From an uncultured Candidatus Saccharibacteria bacterium (GTDB taxonomy: Bacteria > Patescibacteriota > Minisyncoccia > UBA6257 > 2-01-FULL-56-20), in NCBI GenBank assembly GCA_964365185.1, contig CAYIOP010000003.1:40828-104827 (forward strand): a stretch of DNA of 64,000 nt, written 5' to 3'. Shown in pieces: positions 28,003 to 39,029 of this stretch. Below the pieces are notes generated by a model. The model ran no database searches, had not been told where the DNA came from, and worked only from the letters and a program-made list of their open reading frames with translations. Position 1 is the first letter of the stretch. The number at the start of each line of letters is the position of its first letter. Both the position numbers and the translations under genes were made by a program.

Positions 28003-28746
28003 TCAAAGCCCAAAATCCGTGCTCGCTAAAATAAAAACCGTAAAACAAAATAAAACCGTGAAATTTATTAAAATCTTACGCCGATTTAATTCACCTCTTA
28101 AATAAGAGAGCATCGCCTCCATTAAAAACCACGCTACTATAAAAAGCATTACTGACCTATAAAAAGGACTAAACGGCAAAAAAACCATCACCCAAATTAG
28201 CTGCCAAATCCAAAATGACAAAAATCCGGCAATCAAAGATTTTCTAAAACCATCCACTCTTACCTCTTTTGTCTTAAAAAACTCATCGTATTGAGTCACA
28301 TTCAAAAATAAAAAGAAGAGAATGATCGCTACTCCAAACGATCCCAAAATCATTCCAACTCCCAACCAATCTTGAACTTGACTAAAAAATACCCAAAAAA
28401 GAATAAGCGCAATGCCAAAAATCGCCGCTTCATAACTCGATCTCCTCTTAATAAAAAGTAAATCCTTAACCCCAAAAATCATATAAAAAATAAAAGCTAT
28501 AAGGAACGCCAACCAAAAACTTTTATCCGCCAACCCTGGCGAAATTAAAACCAAAAACAACAAAAACGGAAAAAGAAATTTAAACGACTTAAAAAACGGG
28601 AAAAAATAAAAAAACAAAGCCAGACTCAAAAAAATCAAGAAAGGAAAGTAGGCCCAGGCCAAACCTAAGAACCCGGCCTTAGCTACTAAAGACCAATGAA
28701 TTTGCTTTAAAGTTAACTTTAACTCGGTCGCCATCTTTAAGTTCAC
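28003..28746 (-). CDS. polytopic membrane protein (hypothetical)
   Basis: 247 aa, Phe/Leu-rich with multiple transmembrane helices. Its 5' end overlaps the clpB 3' end by ~68 nt, so the true start is uncertain. Confidence 0.4.
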   Translation of the reverse strand: MNLKMATELKLTLKQIHWSLVAKAGFLGLAWAYFPFLIFLSLALFFYFFPFFKSFKFLFPFLLFLVLISPGLADKSFWLAFLIAFIFYMIFGVKDLLFIKRRSSYEAAIFGIALILFWVFFSQVQDWLGVGMILGSFGVAIILFFLFLNVTQYDEFFKTKEVRVDGFRKSLIAGFLSFWIWQLIWVMVFLPFSPFYRSVMLFIVAWFLMEAMLSYLRGELNRRKILINFTVLFCFTVFILASTDFGL

Positions 28747-31348
28747 CTTTAATAATTTGATCCGCTAGTTTATCTAAGATTACTTTCTGAATCAAGCGCT
28801 TAAGCGGTCTGGCGCCAAACTCTGGACTAAATCCTTCTTTTGCTAAATACACCCTGGCTGATTCGTCAACCGAAATTTTAATTTTGTGTTTCACTAATCG
28901 CTTTTCAATCAAATCCAGCTGAATATCCACAATTTTCTCTATATCTCCCATTTTAAGCGCCTCAAAAATGATAATCTCGTCAATTCGATTCAAAAATTCC
29001 GGCTTAAAATCATCTCTAAGCGCCGCCATCACCTTATCTTTATAATTAGTCACCTCCGCCTCATCTTTACTAACTTTATCACCCCCTAAGTCAAAACCCA
29101 AACCCTCCATCGCTTTAAAATAGCGGCTCCCGACATTTGAAGTCATAATAATAATCGAATTTCTGAAATTCACATACTTGCCCTTGCTATCCGTAAGTCG
29201 TCCATCATCCAAAAGTTGAAGCAACAAATTAAAAATTTCCGGATGGGCTTTCTCAATCTCATCAAAAAGAATTAAACTATATGGCCGGTGACGAATAGCT
29301 TCGGTTAACTGTCCACCTTCCTCATGCCCAACATAGCCCGGCGGAGAACCAATAAGTCGCGCTGTGGCGTGCCTTTCCATATATTCCGACATGTCAAACC
29401 TAAGCATCGCCTTTTCATCATTAAACATAAACTCCGCGAGCGCCCTAGCTAGTTCGGTCTTACCCACTCCAGTCGGACCTAAAAACATAAATGATCCGAG
29501 TGGCCGATTCTCATCCGAGAGTCCTGCCCGCGCCCTCCGTAAAGCGCTGGCCACCGCATGAATCGATACTTCTTGCCCCACCACTCGAGCCCCCAAAACT
29601 TCTTCAATCTTCATTAATTTCTCGCCTTCGGACTCCAAAATTCGCTTGAGTGGTATGCCCGTCCAATTAGAGACAATATTCGCCACATCTTCTTTATCCA
29701 CCGAGTCCTTTAAAAATCTATCCGGCTCCGCGGTTTGTTTAACATCCGTCTTCTTCTTTTTAACTTCTCCTGGTTTTGAAAAATGTTTTTTTTCAAAGGC
29801 CTCTTCATCTTTCTGCGCTTGAGGCAACTCTCCATAAATTATTTGCGCCACTCGCTCAAGATTACCCGCCCTCTCCGCCATTTCCGCTTCTCTTTTTAAG
29901 CCATCAATTCGCCGCCTTAAGTCGTGAAAATTTTCAAAAACCACTTTTTCTTGTTCCCATCGTTCAGAAAGCTGACTATTAAATTGCTTTAATTTCTTTA
30001 ACTCCTTCTCGATTTCTTTTAATCTCTCGCTACTTTTAATTGTCTCGCTTAAGAGCGCTTGTTTCTCTATTTCTAATTTCATAATCTCGTGACGAACTCG
30101 GTCTATTTCTTTAGGCAAACTTTCTGTTTCCAGCCGCCTCGCCGCTGCCGCTTCATCAATCAAGTCCACTGCCTTATCCGGCAAAAATCTATCCGTAATA
30201 TAACGAGCTGACAAATTTACCGCCTCCACGATCGCTTCGTCCGTAATTCTAAGTCCGTGATGAATTTCATATTTTTCCTTAAGACCTCGTAAAATTGCGA
30301 TACTATCATCAATAGTCGGCTCATCCACCATAATCGGCTGGAATCGCCTCTCTAAAGCCGGGTCTTTTTCGATATAGCGTTGGTATTCCCTAATCGTGGT
30401 TGCTCCAATCGCATGCAGCTCCCCTCTCGCGAGTGATGGTTTCAGCAAATTCGATGCGTCCACCGCTCCTTCAGCCGCTCCCGCGCCCACAATCGTGTGA
30501 ATTTCATCAATAAAAAGAATTATTCGCCCGCTTTCGTTTTTTATTTCTTTTATAAAGGCCTTTAAACGATCCTCAAATTCTCCTCTAAATTTTGTTCCGG
30601 CTATAAGCGCCCCTAAATCCAACATAATAATCTGCTTATTTTTTAAAGGCTCTGGCACATTCCCTGATATAATTTTCTGGGCTAAACCCTCGACAATGGC
30701 GGTCTTGCCCACTCCTGGTTCACCGATTAAAACCGGATTATTTTTTGTCCTTCGGGATAACACCTGAATCACCCGCCGCAGTTCATCCTCTCGCCCAATT
30801 ACCGGATCAAGCTCTCCGGCTTTGGCTTTATTAGTTATATTAATCGCGTATTTCTCAAGCACTTGAAATTTTGACTCGGGTGTTTCATCAGTAATTCTTA
30901 CCGATCCTCTAAGTTGGCCAAAAACCCTAAGCGCCATTTCTTTTCTTAAACCAAACTGCTGCAAAATCGATTGCGCGAGTGACGTCACATCTAAAATCGC
31001 CAGCAGTAAATGTTCGCAGGAAATAAACTCGTCTTTCTGCGAAGTGGCGACCTTCGCCGCCTGTTCCAAAACCTGCATAAGTTCCTGCGAAAGATAAAGC
31101 TGACTAATATTGGTTCCGCTTACCAGCTTCGGCAATTTATCAAGCTCCGCTTCAACTTGGCTATGAAGTTTTTCCAAATTCACTCCCGAACGCGCCAAAA
31201 TCGGCTGGACCAGTGATTGCTGGTCATATAACAAACTTGCCAAAAGATGGATGGCTTTAAGCTCTCCGTTGCTTTTTTTAGCCGCTAACTCTTGAGCGTT
31301 TTGAAGCGCTTCTTGAGCTTTAATTGTAAAACGATGAAAGTTAGGCAT
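28679..31348 (-). CDS. clpB: ATP-dependent chaperone ClpB
   Basis: Clp N-domain, two AAA+ modules ([15 protein letters not shown]; [15 protein letters not shown]), and the coiled-coil M-domain between them. Confidence 0.9.
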   Translation of the reverse strand: MPNFHRFTIKAQEALQNAQELAAKKSNGELKAIHLLASLLYDQQSLVQPILARSGVNLEKLHSQVEAELDKLPKLVSGTNISQLYLSQELMQVLEQAAKVATSQKDEFISCEHLLLAILDVTSLAQSILQQFGLRKEMALRVFGQLRGSVRITDETPESKFQVLEKYAINITNKAKAGELDPVIGREDELRRVIQVLSRRTKNNPVLIGEPGVGKTAIVEGLAQKIISGNVPEPLKNKQIIMLDLGALIAGTKFRGEFEDRLKAFIKEIKNESGRIILFIDEIHTIVGAGAAEGAVDASNLLKPSLARGELHAIGATTIREYQRYIEKDPALERRFQPIMVDEPTIDDSIAILRGLKEKYEIHHGLRITDEAIVEAVNLSARYITDRFLPDKAVDLIDEAAAARRLETESLPKEIDRVRHEIMKLEIEKQALLSETIKSSERLKEIEKELKKLKQFNSQLSERWEQEKVVFENFHDLRRRIDGLKREAEMAERAGNLERVAQIIYGELPQAQKDEEAFEKKHFSKPGEVKKKKTDVKQTAEPDRFLKDSVDKEDVANIVSNWTGIPLKRILESEGEKLMKIEEVLGARVVGQEVSIHAVASALRRARAGLSDENRPLGSFMFLGPTGVGKTELARALAEFMFNDEKAMLRFDMSEYMERHATARLIGSPPGYVGHEEGGQLTEAIRHRPYSLILFDEIEKAHPEIFNLLLQLLDDGRLTDSKGKYVNFRNSIIIMTSNVGSRYFKAMEGLGFDLGGDKVSKDEAEVTNYKDKVMAALRDDFKPEFLNRIDEIIIFEALKMGDIEKIVDIQLDLIEKRLVKHKIKISVDESARVYLAKEGFSPEFGARPLKRLIQKVILDKLADQIIKGELKDGDRVKVNFKANSLVFSS

Positions 31349-31487
31349 ATAAAATTAGGTTGGAGGTGTTAGTCGATAGGTTTTAAATACCCCAAACCTA
31401 TCCACAAAACCTAAGCTGAGTTTAACACATAAATATAAAAATTTAAAGATTTCTGCAACCTATAACCTGTAACCCATCACCCATCAC

Positions 31488-32792
31488 CTATTGCATTGGT
31501 CTTTTGCCAAGTTTTACGGTTATATTTAAAATTTTTCCCTTGCGATTAATTTTAAAGCTCGCTGACTGCCCAACTTGAAGTTCAGAAATAATTTCTCCCA
31601 AACCATTGTCGTCGCCAATTTTCTTTCCATTCACTTCCAAAATAATATCTTCTGCTAAAATTCCGGCCTTATCAGCCGGCGAACCCGACTCCACTCCTGG
31701 CCCTTCTTCGTTGCCGCGAATAAGCGCTCCGTAATCAGCCAACAACCTTTCCTTCTTAGCCAATTCCTCCGTCACCAACATATACCGCACACCCAAATAA
31801 GGCGTCTGAATTTCTCCAGTTGTTTTAACCGAACTAATATCTCGTTTGGCTTTATTAATTGGAATAGCAAAACCAATATTCTGAGCGCCCGAGACAATCG
31901 CCGTGTTAATACCAATTACCTCTCCTCTCAAATTAAGTAGCGGCCCGCCGGAATTACCCGGATTAATCGCCGCGTCAGTCTGAATCACGCCGGATATTGT
32001 TTCAGCCCTCCGGCCATCTGAAGCTGTAATTTCACGCGACAAGCCGGAAATCACGCCCACTGAAACCGTATTTCTAAATTCACCCAAAGCATTTCCAATC
32101 GCAATCACCGACTGCCCCAATTCTATTGAACTTGAATCCCCTAATGTGAGCACCTTAAGTCCCCGAGCATCAATTTCAAGCACTGCTAAATCTTGCGCTG
32201 AATCTCTGGCTAACACCTTGGCTGAATATTTCTTGCCATCATTCGTAAAAACCGTATACGAAGCGGCGGTATCAGAAACCACATGTCGATTAGTCACAAT
32301 CAAACCGTCTTCCGCCACTATAAATCCACTTCCGCCGCCTATTTCCCTTAATTCCGTTCCTTTTTCACATGGTTGGCTAAATCCAAAAAAATCATCGCCA
32401 AAAAACTGCTGAAATTCTCTTGGCAAATCCGGGAAGGGATTAAAAGGGCAATTCTCGATAATCGCTACGTTTTTAGACACGGTAATCGAAACCACTGCCG
32501 GCGACGCCTTTTTAACTGCCGCAATCACTGCCTGCTCATAATCAAGCGCTGGTTTATAAAGCGACGTTTCTTTATTTGATTCATTATTAGATTTAACTAC
32601 TTCGCCATTTGCGCTTGGCAATTCGCTATTATCATCTCCGCTATTGCTAAAAGGTTTAGTAATGCTCCCCCATAAATCTTTGAAAAAATCCGCCCGTGCC
32701 GATGGCGCCTTAAACGCTGAACCCAAAAAAATAATTACTGCCAAAGCCACTGTAATAGAAACCAGAGCTTTTTTATTTTTAATTAAATTCAT
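31488..32792 (-). CDS. HtrA/DegP-family serine protease with a PDZ domain
   Basis: Signal/transmembrane N-terminus, trypsin-like catalytic motif GNSGGPLLNLRGEVIGINTAI, and a C-terminal PDZ. Confidence 0.85.
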   Translation of the reverse strand: MNLIKNKKALVSITVALAVIIFLGSAFKAPSARADFFKDLWGSITKPFSNSGDDNSELPSANGEVVKSNNESNKETSLYKPALDYEQAVIAAVKKASPAVVSITVSKNVAIIENCPFNPFPDLPREFQQFFGDDFFGFSQPCEKGTELREIGGGSGFIVAEDGLIVTNRHVVSDTAASYTVFTNDGKKYSAKVLARDSAQDLAVLEIDARGLKVLTLGDSSSIELGQSVIAIGNALGEFRNTVSVGVISGLSREITASDGRRAETISGVIQTDAAINPGNSGGPLLNLRGEVIGINTAIVSGAQNIGFAIPINKAKRDISSVKTTGEIQTPYLGVRYMLVTEELAKKERLLADYGALIRGNEEGPGVESGSPADKAGILAEDIILEVNGKKIGDDNGLGEIISELQVGQSASFKINRKGKILNITVKLGKRPMQ

Positions 32793-32854
32793 ATTTTATT
32801 TGATTATTTTATTTTATATACGACCAAAATTTTGATAATTGTTAACTGAATAGT

Positions 32855-32880
32855 TCTATTATATATACCCCGTAGGAAAT
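32855..32880 (-). promoter_or_regulatory. conserved promoter motif ATTTCCTACGGGG-TATATA (copy 2, upstream of htrA)
   Basis: Reverse complement reads ATTTCCTACGGGGTATATATAATAG, about 60-75 nt upstream of the htrA ATG (32792). Confidence 0.45.
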
Positions 32881-32980
32881 AGCGAAAAAATACTAAATAT
32901 TTTTAAGCTACTATAATCCATATAAACATTAGATAAATATTAGATAATCAAAAAAAGTCGTTAATAAACTAACAAAAAAA

Positions 32981-33007
32981 TATTTATTTCCTACGGGGTA
33001 TAATACG
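32981..33007 (+). promoter_or_regulatory. conserved promoter motif (copy 3, plus-strand orientation), an inverted partner of copy 2
   Basis: TATTTCCTACGGGGTATAATACG. No plus-strand CDS follows it; it points antisense into the 33057..33635 gene. Together with copy 2 it forms a ~17-bp inverted repeat around a ~95-bp AT-rich spacer. Confidence 0.4.
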
Positions 33008-33056
33008 AAAAAATCTCAAAAATGTTTCAAAAAATTATTCACGTCATACGTATCGG

Positions 33057-33635
33057 TTAAAATAAAATGGCTTGCTCCGGCTTCCGAAGCTGTACTTTTT
33101 TAATCTCTCCCGTTTCTTTGTTAGGAATCAAAAAATATCCGTCCTTTAAATATAAATCATAAAGTTCTTTGGTGATTCGCACATCTTCCAAACAATATTT
33201 TTTAAGCTCCTCAATTTTTCCGGCTTTATAAAGCTCAATTGCCTCTGCTCCTGATTGCGACTTCGGCACGCCCAAATTCGCTTCAGAGAGTCGGCTCAAA
33301 CTAATCCTCCGCCCAACTGCCATCTCAATCTCTTGAAGCAAATCCACTCTCTCCTTCTGCCAAAGATCAACTTCCCTGGTCTCGGACATCCTTAAAAAAT
33401 GCGCTTGAAGCACTGGAATGTCATACCGGTTAATACTAAAACCCACCAATCTTTCAGCTCCCTTAAAAATCTCCGCCGCCTTCACTAATTCATCTTCTTC
33501 AAAACAAAAATATTTATTTTTCAAATACGAATAAACTCCGACCGCCGAAATTTGAAGCGCCTCAAAATTATCCCGCCCTACTCCTGGGTCAGTAAAAAAA
33601 TTTTTGGTTTCAATGTCGAATACAATAGTGTCCAT
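33057..33635 (-). CDS. DEDD-type 3'-5' exonuclease-like protein (RNase H-like fold)
   Basis: FDIETKNFF (Exo I DxE motif) and later acidic motifs. I placed the start at the ATG at 33635 (MDTIVFDIE) to avoid overlap with the upstream gene; ATGs at 33659 and 33734 are also possible. Confidence 0.5.
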   Translation of the reverse strand: MDTIVFDIETKNFFTDPGVGRDNFEALQISAVGVYSYLKNKYFCFEEDELVKAAEIFKGAERLVGFSINRYDIPVLQAHFLRMSETREVDLWQKERVDLLQEIEMAVGRRISLSRLSEANLGVPKSQSGAEAIELYKAGKIEELKKYCLEDVRITKELYDLYLKDGYFLIPNKETGEIKKVQLRKPEQAILF

Positions 33636-33672
33636 AGTTTGCAACTTGCCATTTGCCATTTGCGCTTTGCCA

Positions 33673-34161
33673 CTACACATGCCTATCCGCCACATGACTC
33701 GCCGCATAACTTTCCGGCTTGGTTCTTGCCTCAAAGTTATAGGCCCGTATCATCCCTACCACTTCATTTATCATCGCTTTAGTCGGTCCATGTTCACCAA
33801 TATCCGCGTGAATCTCAAAATCAAAATCCACTTTTTTAAAATTCTGAAACTCATCCAAAATTTTCTGCGCCACCTCAAGTGAAAGCAAAACCTCTTTTAT
33901 AATTCTATCTCGAAGCGTATGAAATTTACCGAGCTCCAGTCGCCGCCAAAAATATCGGCCGCCATTCCCAACCCGATGCACCACCACCGCTGTCACGAAA
34001 TCCGCTCTCCCATCAACTAACCGAAGCGAATCCGTGCCAATCGTAATCTTATAACGCCGCTTCAAATCACCTTCCATGAATCGGATGACTTCAGAGACAA
34101 CCTGATTAACCGAAAATTTCAATCCCAAAGAACTGTTAAATAACAATTTTTCCATCCTCAC
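33673..34161 (-). CDS. DUF458/YkuK-like RNase H-fold protein (tentative)
   Basis: 162 aa; the ITIGTDS motif and size resemble the YkuK family. Assigned from memory of that family and not verified. Confidence 0.35.
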   Translation of the reverse strand: MRMEKLLFNSSLGLKFSVNQVVSEVIRFMEGDLKRRYKITIGTDSLRLVDGRADFVTAVVVHRVGNGGRYFWRRLELGKFHTLRDRIIKEVLLSLEVAQKILDEFQNFKKVDFDFEIHADIGEHGPTKAMINEVVGMIRAYNFEARTKPESYAASHVADRHV

Positions 34162-34255
34162 ACTATACTCTCAAAAACGATATTTAATCAATGTTTGTGA
34201 AAACAAAAAGGAGCTAAAAGCGAATTCATTTCACCTTAGCTCCTAACCGTGCCAC

Positions 34256-34690
34256 TCACACTTCTGCATTACCATTCCCTTTCGCCTCAGTTAAAATTCC
34301 TTTTTCTTCATTCGAATTCCATCGAGGAACAACCCTTGCTCCTAAAAGCTTTGATTCCAATTCATCTTGTATTTCTTGGAAAGTTATTTGCTTTCTATAA
34401 AGACCGACAATCCAAGGAATCAATGAATCGGGTTTAATTGATCCATTCCAAATCAAAAGCAGAATAGTATCGTCCTTCGACTCACTACCATTCGTATTCG
34501 AATCGTCTCCGACACTATCACCAGGTATTAAACCCACTATTCCTTCTCGGGCGTCCCGAAAATTTAATTTCCTTCTCCCAAGATTATCTAGAATTGAAAT
34601 CAACTCATCCGGCTTCACCCTTTGACCCTGAATGTGTTTAAAAAGAATTCTAAGCGGCGACCGAACAAATTTTTCTGGCACTTTTCTCAC
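34256..34690 (-). CDS. hypothetical protein
   Basis: 144-aa ORF in coding-dense context with no recognisable motif. Confidence 0.35.
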   Translation of the reverse strand: MRKVPEKFVRSPLRILFKHIQGQRVKPDELISILDNLGRRKLNFRDAREGIVGLIPGDSVGDDSNTNGSESKDDTILLLIWNGSIKPDSLIPWIVGLYRKQITFQEIQDELESKLLGARVVPRWNSNEEKGILTEAKGNGNAEV

Positions 34691-34769
34691 CTCCTTTCAA
34701 AGTTAAGGTTCTATCTTTAATCTACGAATTTCAAAGTATTTTGTCAAGTCAACCCTGTGTTTAAACTGT

Positions 34770-36107
34770 TTATATCCTAGAGGAAATAAAGTCCAAAACC
34801 TCTTTCTTTTTATCCTCAAAAACTTCTTTAGTCATCGCTTCAATTGTTACTCGCAGCAACGGCTCCGTATTTGAAGACCTCACATTCACCCACCAATCTG
34901 GATATTCCACTGTTAACCCATCCAGCTCATCTTGCTTGGCATCTTTATATTTTTCTTTAAATTTAGAAATTACTTCTGCCGCCGAAAGTTCGTTTAACGG
35001 AAAATTAATCTCGTCGCTTTTGTAGTATTTACTAAATGGTTTCACAATTTCTGAAAACGGCTGGTCGGATTCGGAAATCAATTGAAGTAAAATTAAAAAT
35101 GCGATAAATCCCGAATCCGCGTAACCATTATCTCTAAAAGCGTAGTGGGACGAAAGCTCGCCGCTTACAATCGCATTATTTTTCCTCATCGCCGCCGTCA
35201 CATTGGCGTAACCCACCGCCGACCGAACTGGCTTACCTCCCCACTCTAAAATAAACTCTCTCACTACTCTTGAACAAATGGCGTTATAAACAATTGCCGC
35301 GCCTGGTTCTCTCTCTAACATCAACTTAGCCAAAAGCAATAAGGTAATATCCGCTCGAATAAAATTTCCTTTTTCATCCACAAAAAAAAGCCGGTCGGTG
35401 TCTCCGTCAAAAATCACGCCAAAGTCAGCTTTCTCCTCAAGCACTTTTTCCCGAATCGCCACTTGGCTTTTTGGATCCAACGGATTTGAAGGATGGTTCG
35501 GAAAAGATCCGTCCAATTCAAAAAATAAAGGAATTACTTTAATCGACAGACCTGCCCCTAACATTGGTATTACTTTTCCCGCCATGCCATTACCCGCGTC
35601 CACCACTACCTTAAATTTTTTGATTTTTGAAAGATCAATAAAAGAAAAAAGATGTTCCAAAAAAGCCGGCCAAATATCAAAACTTTTAATTTGACCTTTT
35701 TTATTTGTTTCTTTAAACGGCTTTTGAAGTAACTCCAATACTTGCCGACCCCAAACCCACTCCATTCCTCGCTTGGCAATTTTCATTCCATTATATTCCC
35801 GAGGATTATGCGACGCGGTAATCATCACCGCTCCAGCATAATTCAATTTGTGAACCGCAAAATAAACAGCGTCAATCGAAACTTGCCCCAAATCATCGAC
35901 ACTGCACCCAACTTCCATCATCCCCTTGGTGAGATGGCTAAAAAGAGAATCGCTGCCAATTCTCATATCTCTCCCCACCGCCACTGGTCCTTCGCCAAAA
36001 TATGTGCCAAGGGCCTTTCCGATCAGTAAAGCCGCTGCCTCGTTTAATTCTGTGGGATAAATACCGCGGACGTCGTAGGTTTTAAAAATATTTTTGTTAA
36101 TCTCCAT
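34770..36107 (-). CDS. phosphoglucomutase/phosphomannomutase-family phosphohexomutase
   Basis: Active-site loop ITASHNPREYNGMKI (TASHNP phosphoserine motif) and the four-domain PGM/PMM architecture. Confidence 0.8.
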   Translation of the reverse strand: MEINKNIFKTYDVRGIYPTELNEAAALLIGKALGTYFGEGPVAVGRDMRIGSDSLFSHLTKGMMEVGCSVDDLGQVSIDAVYFAVHKLNYAGAVMITASHNPREYNGMKIAKRGMEWVWGRQVLELLQKPFKETNKKGQIKSFDIWPAFLEHLFSFIDLSKIKKFKVVVDAGNGMAGKVIPMLGAGLSIKVIPLFFELDGSFPNHPSNPLDPKSQVAIREKVLEEKADFGVIFDGDTDRLFFVDEKGNFIRADITLLLLAKLMLEREPGAAIVYNAICSRVVREFILEWGGKPVRSAVGYANVTAAMRKNNAIVSGELSSHYAFRDNGYADSGFIAFLILLQLISESDQPFSEIVKPFSKYYKSDEINFPLNELSAAEVISKFKEKYKDAKQDELDGLTVEYPDWWVNVRSSNTEPLLRVTIEAMTKEVFEDKKKEVLDFISSRI

Positions 36108-36199
36108 TTGATTAATCTTAAAATACCTTGACTATTATCACAATTCGCTAAAAACCTAAGTTGCCTTTAAAGTCTAAATATAAGAAAATTAACCTGTAA

Positions 36200-38293
36200 A
36201 TGGCTAAAAAGAAAAGAAAAAGAGACGAAGAAGAAAACGAAGATGAGAATGGCGACGGCTGGCTCAAACCCGAAACCAAGCGCAGTATCTATGGCGTAGC
36301 CGCGGTTGGTTTAGCGGTTATTTTAATCCTCGCCCGCATCCACCAAGCCGGACCAGTCGGCAATTTCATCTTTAATTTCCTCACCACCCTCCTTGGCTGG
36401 GGCTACCTTATCCTGCCCGTGGCTTTAATTCTCTCTGGTGGCACTCTTATCCTTACCAACCGAAAAAGGCCGTCATTAGTAGTATTTTTAGGCGCCACTC
36501 TACTTATCCTGTCTTTTTTAGGCATTGTTCATATCTTTGCGCCAAGTCAAGGCGGCTGGGTTGGATTTATTTTAGGCAGTTTAAATTCAGCTTTCGGCCG
36601 GATTGCCGCCACTGTTATCAATTGCTCTCTTTTAATTATTGCCACTTTAATTACGCTCAATATCCCGATTCGCCTAAAACTGCCCCAGCATAAAAAATCC
36701 GCTGTCATCACCGGCAACGCCAATGAAACTAGTGAAGAAAACGAAAAAGAATCCCCTGAAGAAGAAAATGAAAAGGAAGAACCAGATGATGAGCCCGAAA
36801 AAGAGGAAGAAAAAGAACCGCTGGTTAAAACCTTTGGCCTCTTTTCTCCAAAACCCAAAAAAGCCGTGGCCAAAATAAAAAATTATGTCCCTCCGCCGCT
36901 TGATCTTTTAAAATCCTCCACCGAAAAACCGACCACCGGCGACCTTCGCGCCAATGCCAACATCATCAAACGCACGCTCGAGTCCTTTGGCATGCCGGTT
37001 GATATGGGCGAAATCAATATTGGCCCCAAAGTCACTCGCTATACCCTCAAACCCGCCGAAGGCATTAAACTCTCCCGTATCACAGCGCTCAGCCAAGACC
37101 TGGCGCTGGCTCTCGCCACTCATCCCATCCGGATTGAAGCGCCAATCCCAGGAAAATCTCTGATTGGCATCGAAGTTCCAAACAAAGCTGCGGCCTTGGT
37201 CCGCTTAGGCAGCTTAATGCTCTATCCCGAATTTCAATCCTCTGGACCACTAGGATTTTGTTTGGGCCGTAATGTAAGCGGCGAACCCGTCTTTGCCAAC
37301 ATCGCAAAAATGCCTCACCTAATGGTTGCCGGTGCCACTGGCTCTGGCAAATCCATCACCATCCACTCCATTCTTATCTCCCTGCTTTATAAAAATTCTC
37401 CTCAAACCTTAAAACTTATTTTGATTGACCCAAAAAGAGTCGAGCTCTCAATTTACGGCATGCTCCCTCATTTGGCCACACCAGTCATCACTGAAAATAA
37501 AAAAGCTATTAATGTTTTGCGCTGGGCGATAACCGAAATGGATCGAAGATACGACATTCTACTTAAAGCCGGCCGCAGAGATATTGGCACTTACAACGAG
37601 TCCAATCCAGAAGAAGCAATTCCTTATCTTTTAATTGTGGTCGACGAACTGGCTGATTTAATGAGCTCCTACGGGCGAGATGTCGAAAGTTCGATTGTCC
37701 GATTAGCTCAAATGGCTAGGGCCACTGGCATCCACTTAATTCTTTCCACTCAACGACCATCTGTTGAAATTATCACCGGCCTTATCAAAGCCAATATTAC
37801 GAGTCGCATTGCGCTCCAAGTAGCCAGTCAAATTGACTCCCGCACTATTTTAGATACCTCGGGCGCTGAAAAACTTTTAGGCGGCGGCGACCTGCTTTTC
37901 ATCTCTTCGGAACTTTCCAAACCCAAACGCATCCAAAGCGCTTATCTCACTGAAGAAGAAGTAAACAAAGTCACCAAATTCATCATTGAAAACAACGACC
38001 TTGAAGAAGCGGAAAGTGAAGAAATTAATTTAAACAACAACCAGCAGCCAGCCGATGTTCTAGATGGTTTTGAAGGAGAATCGGCGGATGATGACAAACT
38101 TTACGAAGAAGCCGTAGTAACTATTCGAGATGCGGGCAAGGCCTCAGCTTCTTTTCTTCAGCGTCGCCTTAAAGTTGGCTATGCCCGTGCCGCCCGGCTT
38201 TTGGATATGATGGAAGAAAATGGTTTAATCGGCCCAGGTGAAGGCGCCAAAGCCAGAGAGGTCTTCACTGAAAATTTCCCTCCTGCTGACTAA
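36200..38293 (+). CDS. ftsK: DNA translocase FtsK/SpoIIIE
   Basis: N-terminal transmembrane segments, an acidic linker, the motor domain (Walker A GATGSGKS; LLIVVDELADL), and a C-terminal gamma wHTH domain. Confidence 0.85.
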   Translation: MAKKKRKRDEEENEDENGDGWLKPETKRSIYGVAAVGLAVILILARIHQAGPVGNFIFNFLTTLLGWGYLILPVALILSGGTLILTNRKRPSLVVFLGATLLILSFLGIVHIFAPSQGGWVGFILGSLNSAFGRIAATVINCSLLIIATLITLNIPIRLKLPQHKKSAVITGNANETSEENEKESPEEENEKEEPDDEPEKEEEKEPLVKTFGLFSPKPKKAVAKIKNYVPPPLDLLKSSTEKPTTGDLRANANIIKRTLESFGMPVDMGEINIGPKVTRYTLKPAEGIKLSRITALSQDLALALATHPIRIEAPIPGKSLIGIEVPNKAAALVRLGSLMLYPEFQSSGPLGFCLGRNVSGEPVFANIAKMPHLMVAGATGSGKSITIHSILISLLYKNSPQTLKLILIDPKRVELSIYGMLPHLATPVITENKKAINVLRWAITEMDRRYDILLKAGRRDIGTYNESNPEEAIPYLLIVVDELADLMSSYGRDVESSIVRLAQMARATGIHLILSTQRPSVEIITGLIKANITSRIALQVASQIDSRTILDTSGAEKLLGGGDLLFISSELSKPKRIQSAYLTEEEVNKVTKFIIENNDLEEAESEEINLNNNQQPADVLDGFEGESADDDKLYEEAVVTIRDAGKASASFLQRRLKVGYARAARLLDMMEENGLIGPGEGAKAREVFTENFPPAD

Positions 38294-38357
38294 ATTTTCT
38301 CCCTAAATCCCATATCCTTTCCTAAATTCTAAATCCTATATTCTATATTCTAATCCT

Positions 38358-39029
38358 ATGGATTTCCCTCAATTTCTAAACGAAAAACTTAAAGAAAAAG
38401 GATTAACTTTAAAAAAGTTATCCGACCTAAGCGGTATTGCTCTAAAGCATCTTGAAAATTTGATGACCGGAAATTTAAACGACCTTCCCGCCGCTCCTTA
38501 TGTCCGCGGCTATCTTGCCAAACTCGGCGAAGTTCTCGACTTTGACAGCGATACTTGGTGGCAACGGCTTGCCGCCCAAAAAGAAATTTCCTCCTCTGGC
38601 TCCGCTGATCGGCTTCCAGATAATCGCTTTCTTAAAAAATCATCGTCTAAAAAAATCTGGCTCATAGTTATTATAATCATCGCTCTTTTTTATTTTGGCA
38701 TCCGCCTGCCAGAAATCATTGGCCGCCCCACCCTAACCATCACCTTTCCTCCTGAAAACCTAGCTACTTTAAATTCTAAAGAGCTAATGATCACCGGCCA
38801 CATTAAAAACGGCAACAAGGTTTTAGTGAATGGTGAAGAAATATTAATTAACGCCGAAGGTGATTGGCAAAAAATTATCCCGCTTGACCCGGGCTTAAAT
38901 AATATCGAAATTACCGGTAAAAAATTCCTGGGCCGCGAAGTCAAAATTATCCGCGAGATTATCTACGAAGAACCAAAAGAAAATCTGGAAGAATCTAACG
39001 CCACCTCAACTAAACAATCAGTAGAATAA
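38358..39029 (+). CDS. RodZ-like HTH (XRE-type) membrane protein
   Basis: N-terminal HTH with ...PYVRGYLAKLGEVLDFD, a single transmembrane helix and an extracytoplasmic C-terminal domain, which is the typical RodZ layout. Confidence 0.55.
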   Translation: MDFPQFLNEKLKEKGLTLKKLSDLSGIALKHLENLMTGNLNDLPAAPYVRGYLAKLGEVLDFDSDTWWQRLAAQKEISSSGSADRLPDNRFLKKSSSKKIWLIVIIIIALFYFGIRLPEIIGRPTLTITFPPENLATLNSKELMITGHIKNGNKVLVNGEEILINAEGDWQKIIPLDPGLNNIEITGKKFLGREVKIIREIIYEEPKENLEESNATSTKQSVE

